Positions 1 through 13,554 of a stretch of 64,000 nt of DNA are shown here, piece after piece. The position numbers and the translations under genes are program-made. The notes below the pieces were generated by a model. It was not told the DNA's origin. It saw nothing but the letters and a program-made list of their open reading frames with translations, and did no database searches. Every line of letters begins with the position of its first letter. The stretch's first letter is position 1. The stretch is from Ranitomeya imitator (taxonomy: Eukaryota): positions 641,700,001 through 641,764,000 of the forward strand of contig NC_091283.1 in the NCBI RefSeq assembly GCF_032444005.1. The letters run 5' to 3'.

Positions 1-130
1 TTTCCATTATATTCCATTGTGCAATAAAATGCAAATTAATTATGTAAAAATCATACAATGTGATTTTCTGGATTTTTTTTTAAGTCTCACAGGTGAAGTT
101 TACCTACGATAAAATTTACTGACCACTCCT
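1..130. mobile_element. Tc1-like terminal/subterminal remnant
   Basis: atcatacaatgtgattttctggattttt...tctcacaggtgaagtttacctacgataaaatt resembles the TIR-internal sequence of the Tc1 copies at 47245 and 59364 and the remnant at 55990. Confidence 0.45.
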
Positions 131-250
131 TTCGTGTGACGTTTCAGGATCATCCTAAATTGCACTCTAACCTTTTCAGTTGAACTTTTGAATGCACATG
201 TCCAACTGTTCAGTGTTTCAGTACTTTTTGCACAACTTGCTGTTCTCTAA

Positions 251-506
251 GGCCTGGTTCACATTTGCTTTTGGGGGCTTTGCGGAGGGCTGTGTACGTC
301 CTCCGTTAAGCCCCACATACTTATTTAACATTGGGTACGCAGGACATGCAGATGTGTCGTTTTGACATGCATCCGCATATATCCGCATGACCTGCATACC
401 CAGTGTTAAAGATATGTATGCAGGACGCATGCAGAAGTAGGCGGGGCTTAACGGAGGACGTACGCAGCCCTCCGCAAAGCCCCCGAACGCAAATGTGAAC
501 TTAGCC
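251..506. mobile_element. PIF/Harbinger-like MITE
   Basis: TIRs GGCctgGTTCACATTTGC / GCAAATGTGAACttaGCC, TAA on both flanks, palindromic interior. Confidence 0.85.
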
Positions 507-852
507 TAATAAGGAGATTAATGGCAAAATTCTCACCAGGTGTTTGATCCATGAATCGCCCAATACATTCTGGGGTTCAAAAAGAATTGGTATTTAAACA
601 GTCCTCCTCATCATGCTGTTCACATTTTGACATCATGAGACCAAGACGATACCAACCAATTGATCAACAGTACCTCACTATTGTGAGGCTTCAAGCAGGA
701 AGTTATCAGATGGTAGTGGACACTGAGCTTAGACTGTCATCAGCAGGTTGCAACAGAGATGCAGAGAGTCTGGCAGAGTCACAGAAAGTAGAGAAGTGGA
801 TGTCTTTTGGCCACATCCCACACTGATGACCGCGGAACTGGATGATGAATGC

Positions 853-1134
853 TAATAAATAATAATAATAATCTTTATTTTTATATAGCGCTAACATATT
901 CCGCAGCGCTTTACAAGTTGCACACATTATCATCACTGTCCCCGATGGGGCTCACAATCTAGGATCCCTATCAGTATGTCTTTGGAATGTGGGAGGAAAC
1001 CGGAGTACCCGGAGGAAACCCACGCAAACACGGAGAGAACATACAAACTCTTTGCAGATGTTGTCCTGGGTGGGATTAGAACCCAGGACCCCAGCGCTGC
1101 AAGGCTGCTGTGCTAACCACTGCGCCACCGTGCT
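853..1134 (-). mobile_element. tRNA-derived SINE (V-SINE-like central domain, L2-type tail)
   Basis: Reverse complement has A box tggcgcagtggttag, B-box-like gggttctaatccc, ggtttcctcccacattccaaagacat core and the tail tgtaaagcgctgcggaatatgttagcgctatata...(att)n. Confidence 0.9.
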
Positions 1135-2406
1135 ACACAACAGACACATTTAAGGGAGGTGAGAGTCACCTCAGCATCACATCAGACCGTTTGAAACCAT
1201 TTACATCAGCATGGTCTGCGTGCTAGATGACTAGCAAGGATACCTGACTGCACCATCAGGCACAGGCGTCATCATTTTGCATGGGCCAGGGAGCATCTAC
1301 GCTGAACAAGGGACCAGTGGGTCTCCGTGCTATTCACTGAAGAAAATTGTTTCACGCTGAGCAAAAATGATGGCCGCCAACAATATTTGCGACGTCAAGG
1401 AGAGCGCCATGCATCAGCCACTGTTGTCAGCGAACGAGCCTTTGGTGGTGTTGATGTGGGCAGCTGTGTCTAGTTCATACAGGACTGCCCTACACTTTGT
1501 GTATGGTACAGAGACAAGCTCCTACTAATGGGATAACCTCATTAACACAGTTATTGTGCCTCTGCATGAACAACACAGACCTAATTTAATCTTCACAGAT
1601 GACCATGCTCCAGCTCATCGAGATTGCATCATTAGGCTGTTGGGACACGTGGGTACATCAAATGGAGTGGCCTGCACTTTCACCAGACCTAAATCCCATA
1701 AGAAAAACCTATGGGATCAGCTGAGTCGCCGTCTAGAGGCTCATAACTCTGTACCCTAGAACCTCAATGACCTGCGGGCCGCACTTCAAGAAGAGTGGGA
1801 TGCCATGCCTCAGCAGACAATAACTCGACTTCTGAACAGCATGAGATGCCATTGTCAAATTGTTGTCCCATATCACATAAGTTATTGAGACATTGACATT
1901 TTTGTTGGGGTATACCCACCACTGTCATTGGCTTTTGTTTCAGTAAATTGTTTGAGAAATCATCATTGCATGTTTCTACTTAAATGCTCTAGTTTCATGA
2001 TAAAATATCACTGTAGCGTGAACTTTTTGTGTTTTCCATAAATTTCACCTGAAAGCCAAATATATACATACACACACATTTACACACACATTTTATGCAT
2101 ATGGTTTTTATATATATTTTATATATCAGGATACCCCCGATGTAAAATACCTGTCCAGTGTCTTTATGAATTTTGTAAAGAAACAGATAAGTGTGTGTAA
2201 ATGGTGATACGAGCATAATGCAGTCACGTTTTTTTGCATGCGTGTGAAGATGTCAGATCGTCTGATGGACATCTAAACTTTTGGTTAAAGAGGTTGGCTG
2301 AGCTGCTATGTTCTGGCAGCATCCAAGAACTTCCTGCTGCTGGCTGATCAGTGAGAGTGTTTTGTGTCATACTCCCATCGATTTTGATATTGATGACCTA
2401 TGCTAA

Positions 2407-3117
2407 AGGTACCGTCACACTAAACGACGCTGCAGCGATACCGTCAACAATCCGGATCGCTGCAGCGTCGCTGTTTGGTCGCTGGAGAGCTGTCACACAG
2501 ACAGCTCTCCAGCGACCAACGATCCCGAGGTCCCCGGTAACCAGGGTAAACATCGGGTTACTAAGCGCAGGGCCGCGCTTAGTAACCCGATGTTTACCCT
2601 GGTTACCATCCTAAAAGTAAAAAAACAAACGCTACATACTTACCTACTGCTGTCTGTCCTCGGCGCTCTGCTTCTCTGGTCTGGCTGTGAGCGCCGGGCA
2701 GCCGGAAAGCAGAGCGGTGACGTCACCGCTCTGCTTTCCGGCCGCTGTGCTCACAGCCAGACCAGAGAAGCAGAGCGCCGAGGACAGACAGTGGTAGGTA
2801 AGTATGTAGCGGTTGTTTTTTTTACTTTAACGATGGTAACCAGGGTAAACATCGGGTTACTAAGCGCGGCCCTGCGCTTAGTAACCCGATGTTTACCCTG
2901 GTTACCAGCGAAGACATCGCTGAATCGGTGTCACACGCCGATTCAGCGATGTCTACGGGGAGTCCAGCGACCAAATAAAGTTCTGGACTTTCTTCCCCGA
3001 CCAGCGACAGCACAGCAGGGGCCTGATCGCTGCTGCCTGTCACACTGGACGATATCGCTAGCGAGGACGCTGCAACGTCACGGATCGCTAGCGATATCGT
3101 CTAGTGTGACGGTACCT
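2407..3117. mobile_element. Harbinger-like MITE, AGGTACC family (copy 1)
   Basis: TIR aggtaccgtcacac / gtgtgacggtacct; internal palindromes ggtaaccagggtaaacatcgggttact; homologous to 40978 and 51514. Confidence 0.9.
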
Positions 3118-3207
3118 TTAGGCTAGGCCATCAATAAAAAACAGTATTGGCCAATCCCTTGATAAGATAGTTAAACTCACAGTTGGACATGGAACTGCCG
3201 TCACATG

Positions 3208-3385
3208 ATTATCGCTGTCCACATTGGGCCTCACAATCTAATTTCTTATCTGTATGTCTTTGGAGAGTGGGAGGAAACTCCTGCAAACATGGGGAGAACA
3301 TACAAACTCCTTGCAGATGTTGTCTTTGGTGGGATTTGAACCCAGGACCCCAGCGCTGCAGGGCTCCAGTGCTAAACACTGAGCC
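3208..3385 (-). mobile_element. Diverged partial SINE copy
   Basis: Aligns by eye to the SINE at 853-1134; tail absent. Confidence 0.75.
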
Positions 3386-3912
3386 TCCTATACTCTATCT
3401 TATCTCCCAAGTTGTATTTTTCATTGATAAGAGATTAGACACTTTATTTTCAATTCATAAATATCCAGAAGCTGTAAGAGGCACAACACAATTATGAGAA
3501 AAGATGCTCCTTGAAGAGCACCACCGCTCTGGCACACTGTTTAGTGGTTGCTCCCTGTAGCAGTTACAAAATAGTGTGACGGGGCGATAGTGTGCCGTTA
3601 CATACACCCTTTACATCCTGCTGGAGCTGAGAGCAGATGATCGGTCGGGGTGCTGGATGTCATATCCTCACCGATCTGATATTCGTGATGTATTCTAATG
3701 ATAGTATCTATAGTTTTAAAAATCCCTCTTAAGGTTTTTAGTTATCAGGTCTGGCAGAATTATTAATTATATATTTTTATATGATTATAACATGAAATAA
3801 TTTCCTATTTTATTGAGCAACAACAAGAACAAGTATCTTGTGTGGAAAACTTTCAATAAGAATGTTAATAAAAAGATCCTCAATAACATTTTAAAAGTAT
3901 TTTTTTTTCCAG

Positions 3913-4886
3913 CAGATGACTGCGCCAGAAACCCAGAAGGACATTTTATTTTATTTCCAAATTATACAAGCGAAGATCCTTATATCAATCAAGATAAATC
4001 TAGAGAACGCCATACTGCCCTCAAATTACCCCCTGTTCTTCACAGCAGAGAGTCGTTGGAAATAGTCCCCTATTCTGAGTGCAGCAGAGATTTTACAAAA
4101 AACTTGAATCTTTCTCTGGACAAGGGAACTTCTAGCGATGAGCCATTGTATTTACGTTCACAATGTGGGAATTGCTTAAACCCTAAATCTGATGTTGACC
4201 ATCAGACAGACAAGAAGCTATTTTTATGTTTCGAGTGTGACAAATATTTTACACGTAAGCATCACCTAAAGAGACATAAGTTAATTCACACAGGGGAGAA
4301 ACCATTTTTATGTGGACATTGTGGAAAATGTTTTTCTCGAAAACATCATCTTGAGACACATCAGATAATTCATACAGGGGAAAAGCCATTTTCATGTTTA
4401 GAATGTGGTAGAAGGTTTGCACAGAAATCCGTTCTTAATGAACACGAGAAAATTCACACAGGGGTTAGACCATTTTCATGTTCAGAATGTGGAAAAAAAT
4501 TTGCTCAGAAGTCTGTCCTTGTTGAACATCAGAGAACTCACACAGGTGAGAAACCATTTTCATGCGTGGAATGTGGGAAGCGGTTTACTCGGAAAGCAAC
4601 TCTTGTTGAACATCATAGAATACATATACTGGGGAAACCATTTTCATGTTTGGAATGTGGGAAAAAGTTTGCCCACAAATCAATTCTTGTTACCCATCAG
4701 AGAATTCACACAAAAGAGAAGCCGTTTTCATGCTCAGAATGTGGGAAACATTTTTCACGGAAATCTGTTTTAATTGAGCATCGGAGAATCCACACTGGGG
4801 AGAAGCCATATTCATGTTTGCAATGTGGGTCAGGTTTTACCCACAAATCATCTTTTAATAAACACCAACAAATCCACAAAGTGTAG
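3913..4886 (+). CDS. Terminal exon of a C2H2 zinc-finger gene (8 intact Kruppel-type fingers; gastrula/oocyte zinc-finger-like)
   Basis: Acceptor ttttttttccag|CAGATGAC (phase 1), open frame to TAG, eight C-x2-C-x12-H-x3-H fingers with TGEKP-type linkers. Confidence 0.9.
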
Positions 4887-5265
4887 AATTCGTTTTCATA
4901 TTTATAGTGTCTGAAAATGTTTATGTATAAAGTCAGTTACAAAACGTATTCCCTTATAAAGCATTTATTTATTAAAGATGTATTCCCTCAAAAAAAATGC
5001 ATGTAACGTGTGCAACTTGGGATTTTATTAAATAATAATAATGCAGATATCTTTTTTCTGTATGCCTTGTGTTACTTGATATGTCATATCTGGGGTATCT
5101 GACATCTTGAATCTTTCTACACGTCGGATATGGTTACCCTAATATGGACGGCATTTCATATGATGCCAAAGTATCCTCACATTGTTCTTGTTCCTGTCTA
5201 ATGGCAACCATTAATAGATGAGTGACATAAAACTGTTCATGTATGCATAAGCCTGTGCATCCTTT

Positions 5266-5520
5266 GTGATGTATACAGCAGTCTGTTTTTTATGAGATGT
5301 ATACAGCACTCTTTGTATCCTATGTGATGTATACAGCAGAGCCTTAGTGTATCCTATGTGATGTATGCAGCTGACTCTAAGTGTATTTTATGAGATGTAT
5401 ACAGCAGTCTGTGTATCCTATATGATATATACAGCAGAGCCTCAATGTATCGATGCTATGTGATGTATACAGCAGCGCCTCTGTGTATCCTTTTTGATGT
5501 ATACAGCAGTCTTGGTGTAT
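5266..5520. repeat. Degenerate minisatellite, about 30-35 bp unit
   Basis: Repeated tgtgatgtatacagcag...gtgtatccta. Confidence 0.8.
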
Positions 5521-6403
5521 GATATAAAGCAGAAAGAATACACCATGTTTATTCAACTAACAGAAAAACGTTGTTGCTCATATCAACCAATCACAGCTTA
5601 GCTTTCATTTTCCCATGGCAGGATACAAAGTGAAAGCCGCTCTGGTTGTCTTTCCTGCCCTTAGCTATCACCGCACAGCTTTCTTTTTTCATGAGCAGCA
5701 TGTAAAATGAAAGCTGCTCTATGATTGGTTACTGTGGGCACCAAAGACAGTTCTTCTTTTAGACCGTTTCATAAGTCTTCACCCATACTTTGAGCTGCAT
5801 GGGAGGGCGTACAGACGGACAGGGAGGGGGAGAATCTGAGCTGTCAGGATGAGTGATTTTCATCTTGTAGTTCTCAATAATCAGAGACGAACTTACTGTT
5901 TATACATCAGTCCTGATTATCGTCCTGTTGTCACATGACCCAACTTCCCATAATGAAGGGAGAGGGGATATAGAGGTAACGGAGGTGGGATTAAATAAAT
6001 TAGACAACATATTAATGGTAAGCATTATATATGCAAATAATGCTGAAAGTCTTCTTTGAGTATGGTTGATGCTTTTGCATAAATCAATTTAATATTCTAA
6101 AATAAAGATCTTTTTAGATTGTGTGAGAGAAAATATATTTTTATAACATTGTGTTCCATGTGAATTTTAGCTACATAATTTACCGTACTTGCTTTCTGTA
6201 CATGTCAATAACAGAATGGTTTCTCTGATTGGACATGTGCTAATTAACCGGCCTGTATAATGTTCTCATATCTTTGAAACAAAAAATGGGAGCAATTGGT
6301 AAAATTATCATGGGGGATTCTATTGGGCTGACATGCTGGACTGACCGTGGATCTAGCATCTTTATATCCCAATTTCTAAATAACATGCAATGACTCACAT
6401 TAA

Positions 6404-7655
6404 AGGGGTTGTCCACTACTTTCAATTAACCCCCCAATGTATCCCTCCCCCGGGGGCCCTAATGAATTTTGTAGATAACCTCTTTTGCTGGTACTGCCTG
6501 TTAGTGGCGCTATGCCGGCAGCTGAGTCTGGGTCACGTGACCCCCAGGTTGCAGCTGCCGCTAATATCTGCCAACGTCTCCTCAATTTCTTGACTCTGGA
6601 AATTAACGTGACATCATCAGCACCCAGCCTCCACAGACAGCAGTCACTCATCAAGAGTGCCTGGGCTATGGGCGGTGCATGGGGTCTGCGGGCTGTGCGG
6701 CCGGGTCTGCGGGCTGTGTGTATGCATATGCAGGCATCGTCCGATGGGACTACAAGTCCCATCGGGCTATGCCTGCTACACTGTCAGTGAATGACACATT
6801 AGCCAATGATGGGATAGTAGTAGTCCCATCATCCGGCTAATGTGTTGAATGTAAAAGAAAAAAAAAACATACAGAACATACATATAACATAAAACACATA
6901 ACATAGATTACATACTTACCAATCACCTAATTCCCTGAAGCCCTCGTCTCCTTTAATAAAAATAAAATAATAAACCAACCTATACTTACCTTCTGCCGAT
7001 GTGACCTCTCCTCATCAGCCTAGGTGCTTGCAATGTGTTAACATTAGTGATGAGCGAATATACTCGTTACTCGAGATTTTCCGAGCACGGTCGGGTGTCC
7101 GCCGAGTATTTGTAAGTACTCGGAGATTTAGTTTTCAGCGCCGCAGCTGAATAATTTACATCTGTTAGCCAGCATAAGTTCATGTGGGGGTTGCCTGGTT
7201 GCTAGGGAACCCCCACATGTAATCAAGCTGGCTAACAGATGTAAATCATTCAGCTGAAGTGAGAAAAACTAAATTTCCGAGAACTTACAAATACTCGGAG
7301 GACACCCGAGCATGCTCGGAAAATCTCGAGTAACTAGTATACTCGCTCATCACTAGTTAAGATGCTTCAGATTGAAGATAGAGGAGGGAGGGGTTTGGGC
7401 GTGTTTTGGAGTGGGTGTGCTAGGTTCTGGCTTACAGGCCAGTGCAATGCATCATGGAACTTGTAGTATAAGCGCGCAATAAGTCAGGAAAAAGCAAGTT
7501 GTCAATTAACCACATGAGAGCTGGAGCCAGCACTGAGGATGTGCTGCTACAGCATGATAAAAGGTAATATTGATAAAATAAACACAGTGGATGTTTTGAG
7601 TGGCACATTATAGCAAGATTTATGGAAAAAAAAGTTATAGTACTGGACAACTTCT
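6404..7655. mobile_element. TTAA-flanked T2-MITE/Kolobok-like non-autonomous element
   Basis: TTAA|AGGGGTTGTCCA ... TGGACAACTTCT|TTAA. Confidence 0.75.
7045..7355. mobile_element. hAT-like MITE nested in the T2-like element
   Basis: TIR tagtgatgagcg / cgctcatcacta; 8-bp flanks gttaacat / gttaagat (7/8 match). Confidence 0.85.
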
Positions 7656-8195
7656 TTAACTAGGGATCATAGCCAACCATCTGAAATAGCTACACCACTT
7701 GCAATTTAGCGAGGCGAGCACTTGAAGATGCTTGGTGACATTAGACATAACTTATTATTCCACAAATTGCTGCTGCCCAGGAGAATGTTGAAAAATGAGA
7801 ATACATGTGCATGTCTTGCACTGCACTTGCATTCGACTATAGCCTAACTAGAGTTTTTGGCCTGATATCTAGCTGCACTATGGTGATGAAATCAAGAAGA
7901 AAGCATAATCTTCCTTGTGTTGCAGTAGAACTGCTCGGCATTGGATGGATGCATGCTCCAATGGTGAACACGGGATGCCAGCAGTACATCATCTTTGATG
8001 TACTCCCAAACAACATGTCCTGAGTAAGATAGTGGTGCCACCATCATGTGCTGATGTAATCCAGACATTGCTTTACTGTATAAGGACAGTTACATGTGTC
8101 CGCCTTTCACAGGCCGTGTACGGACAGCTATTTCATGACCGGTCATGGGTCTACTGACCTGAAACAAGGACTGAGAAATGCAGAAATAATCACTA

Positions 8196-8478
8196 GGGTA
8201 TGTGCGCACACTGAATATTTGCAGTGGATTTTCCTTCAACAAAAGTCTGTTGGCGGTAAAGGCCCAGCATAAAATAGTTGCGTTTTTTTTTTCTACCCAT
8301 TTATTTGAATGGATCAAGAACACAGAGAATTGATATGCTGCAGATTTGATAAAATGCTTTGATGGTTCAAATCTACAAAGAAAAAAATAAGCAGTGTGTG
8401 CATGAGATTTCAGGAATCTCCCATCAATTTGCTGGTACTGTAAATCGCTGCGCTTTATTTCCGCGTGTGAACAAGCCC
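8196..8478. mobile_element. Old Harbinger-like MITE
   Basis: Degenerate TIRs gggtatgtgcgcacac / gtgtgaacaagccc. Confidence 0.5.
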
Positions 8479-8849
8479 ATAAACAACTTCTTGAATTGCT
8501 ATTAAAAACTTTAACTAAACCATTGATTGACACTTTGGGGAGAGTTTATTTACGTTGCTGATATGCTAATATAAGGGTAATGTTATGTAATGGTATGACA
8601 AGGGAGAATCTTTTTATTATTGCATGTACAAGGTTTTCAGTGATTACTACAAAATTAGTGAGGATTTTACAGAATTTATTTTGGAGACAGATTATGATGA
8701 TTTCAATTTGTTTAATTAATACATTATGGTAATATTAATTAGCACAACATCCTTGAATTTCTTGTGTGGGAAGCTTTTCAGTGTGAATGTTATCATAGAC
8801 TGACGATGTTTTCGAAAAACAGAAAATAATAAAACTGTTTTCTCCCCAG

Positions 8850-9574
8850 CAGATGACTTCACCATAGACATGAAGAGGCATCTCCTTTTACCTCCTAATT
8901 ATGGAGTAGAAGACAATATGGACTATGATAAATCTAGAAAACTGACCATTGATCCAAATATAACTTTACTACTTCAAAGTAGAGAACCGTTATCTGATCA
9001 TTGTGATCGCAACAAACCCTCCTTTGATAAAAATGTAGGTCTCAGCAGAGGTAAATTATTTCCATGCTCTGATTGTGGTAAACTTTTTAAGCACAACTCC
9101 AGCCTTTCTATACACAAGCGAACGCACAACGATGAGCGGCCATATTCATGTTTTGAATGTGGGAAATGTTTTACCCAAAAATCAGTCCTTGTTGAACATG
9201 AAAGAATTCACACGGGGGAGAAGCCGTTTTCATGTATGGAATGCGGGAGATGCTTTGCCCAAAGATCAGCTCTTGTTAAACATCAGAGAACTCACACAGG
9301 AGAGAAGCCATATACATGTCTGGAATGTGGGAAATGTTTTACACAGAAATCTTCTCTGGTTAAACATCAAAGAAGTCACACAGGACACAAACCGTTTTCA
9401 TGTTCAGAATGTGGAAAATGTTTTACCCAGAAATCGGATATTATTAGACATGAGAGAACTCACGCAGGAGAGAAGCCATTTTCATATCCAGATTATGGAA
9501 AATGTTTTACTCAAAAATCAGACTTTGTTAACCAGAGGATACACAAAGGAGAGAAACCATTTTCTTGTTTGTAA
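8850..9574 (+). CDS. Second terminal C2H2 zinc-finger exon (5 intact fingers, degenerate 6th, early stop)
   Basis: Acceptor ttttctccccag|CAGATGAC (phase 1); fingers CSDC, CFEC, CMEC, CLEC, CSEC; 6th reads YPDYGK..FVNQRIH; TAA in place of Glu in tgt ttg TAA tgt gga aaa; AATAAA at about 9607. Confidence 0.8.
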
Positions 9575-9727
9575 TGTGGAAAAATATTTACCCAAATTAA
9601 GATGTGAATAAACAGTAAATTTAGAGATGTTGAGCAATTTTTCCGTTTTCAATGTTGGAACTGTAGAATTCTTATAAGAGCATCTGCGAAAAAAACATAA
9701 TTCTATTTCTTTGGCATCCGATATTAA

Positions 9728-10775
9728 CCCCTTAATGACCAGGGGTATTTTAATTTTTTAATTTCGTTTTTTTGCTCCCTTTCTTCCCAGAACCATAACT
9801 TTTTTTTCTATTTTTTGTTCAATATGAGGCTTGTTTTTGTGGGACAAGTTGTACTTTTGAACTACACCATTGATTTTAACATATTGTGTACCGGAAAATG
9901 GGAAAAAAATTCCAAGGGTGGTGAAAAAAAAATAAAATTTGCAATTCCACAGTTGTGTTATTTCTTTTTTACCATGTTCACTAAATGCTAAACATGACCT
10001 GCTATTATGATTCTCCAGGTCGTAGAATTCATAGACACCAAACATGTATAGGTTTTTTTTTTTTTATTTAAATGGTGGGGGAAAAAAAGCGCACCTTTTT
10101 CCACGACCTGTAGCGTCTCCATTTTTTTGTGATCTGGGTCTGGTTGAAGAATTATTTTTTGTGCGCCGAGCCATTTTGGTGTAAATATTATGGTTTGATT
10201 GCTCGTTATTGCATTTTATTGCAATATAGTGGCTACCAAAATAACTTAATTCTGCCGTTTTGATATTTTTTTTCTCGTTACTGTTTACAGATCGGGTTAA
10301 TTCTTTTTTTTATATTTGATAGATTCTGTGATTCTGAACGCAGCGATACCAAACGTGTGTATATTTAATTTTTTTATTGTTTTATTTTGAATGGGTTTAA
10401 TGGGGGATGATTTGAACTTCTTTGTACTTCGATCGACTCTGCTATATACAGGCGAAGATCAGATCACCTGTGTGTAACAGAAACGCTCACTTGATATGAG
10501 CGCTGACCATAGCAATCCTGCAATGACAGCCATAGAGGTTTGCTTCAGACCTCTGGTTGTCATGCCGACCCATCAGTGACCTGCGATCATGTGACGGGTT
10601 CAGCAAGTCAAACAGCTATGGGTGGATCGCGATTACACCCGAAACTGTTTCGGGCACATGTTAACTGTACAGATCAGCTGTCATGTGCCTGTAAAGGTGC
10701 GCGCTCAATGCTGGAAACCGCACCAAACGGGGAGTCCGACATGGGCGTACTATTGCGCCCAACATCGGGAAGGGG
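9728..10775. mobile_element. piggyBac-like non-autonomous element
   Basis: TTAA|CCCCTT ... AAGGGG|TTAA. Confidence 0.8.
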
Positions 10776-10835
10776 TTAAGAATTTATTTTGTTTCATGAA
10801 CTTGAATTTACACTTTCTCTGTGCTCACTCCTTCA

Positions 10836-11456
10836 AGGGAATCTGTCAGTAGAATCAACCTTCCTAAGCTGTCTATATGGGCACACAGGTCATAGAAATC
10901 TTAATAAATGATAATTTGCTATCTCTGAGCCCGATGCCTTTGCCCTGAGAAATTCTTGTTTTTCTTATATGTATCTGAGCTGTTAAGATCTATGGGCCGG
11001 ACACAGATCTGCATGAGAATCTGCCTCCAGAGCCTATTTTTAAATGAAACTGGGAGTTACCAGTGTGATGTGTAATGGCTAACTGTCTACTCTGCTGATC
11101 TCACTGCAGAGCTGTGTGTGATAACTGACACTTCTCCAGGTTCTTCTCAGTGCTTTAGCTTCCAGCTCACAGGCAGTCAGTGTTGAAATACAACAGAGCC
11201 TGTGAGAGCTGCTGCTGAAAACAGGTTTGTCATGAGACAAAGTTTAGTTCTACTGTTCTCTGAGTTACATGTTTCACACTGGTAACACCTCCTTTCAGTT
11301 ATAATAACCTCTGGAGGCAGATTCTCATGCAGATCAGTGTCCTGCACATAGCTCTTAACAGCTCATTTACATAAAAAACAACCTTTTATTCAGCTTCCTA
11401 TGACCTACATGACCATGTAGGCGGTTTTGGAGGGTTGATTCTACTGACAATTTCCT
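10836..11456. mobile_element. T2-MITE/Kolobok-like element
   Basis: agggaatctgtcagtagaatcaacc / ggttgattctactgacaatttcct|TTAA, long palindromic arms. Confidence 0.8.
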
Positions 11457-11954
11457 TTAATGGTTTCACAGAGTGGCAGGACTTTCATTTGTGGTTTTGT
11501 TGTTTATTTCTCCAATAAATTAGCTTTATGGGGGTTGTTTTCTTGCAGGATGAGTTGTAGTCTTGAATAACACCATTCAATTTATCATACAATATGGTGG
11601 AAAATGAGAAAAAAAATTCCAAGTGTGGTGAAGTGGGGAAAAGAAATGCAAATCCAATATTGTTTTTTGGGGTTTTATCTTTATGGCGTTGGGCAGTAAA
11701 AATGACCTGGCAACATGTTTCTTTAGGTCAGTAAGAGGTAAGTGTTTTGTAAGTGGTGAGCTGTCATTTTTTATTTGTACTATTTTGTGAAACATACTTT
11801 TAAAAAAAAACATTGTATTTTCGGAGTTTTTGATTTATGTTGTTGGTTAAAAAAGCACTCCTATCAACATTTTTAACCTCTTAATATTTTGCAATCATGA
11901 TATTATATACCTTTGTGTACTTACAATTGCTCATTTTGTCTTTATACCCAGATA

Positions 11955-13552
<1,598 letters not shown>

Positions 13553-13554
13553 TA

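Larger units (their letters stand above)
140..2060 (+). mobile_element. Degenerate Tc1-like DNA transposon interrupted by a MITE and a SINE
   Basis: Frameshifted transposase pieces: MRPRRYQPIDQQYLTIVRLQAG (about 634) and DDHAPAHR...RPKSHKKNLWDQLSRRL (1556-1759); ends approximate. Confidence 0.7.

Noticed and set aside
3813-3912. N-terminal extension MSNNKNKY... of the finger ORF
   Set aside because: Starts at TTG in AT-rich intron sequence upstream of a strong acceptor at 3912.
7740-8030. Minus-strand YIKDDVLLAS as an RT motif (DIRS-like)
   Set aside because: A single imperfect motif with no other RT motifs in frame.
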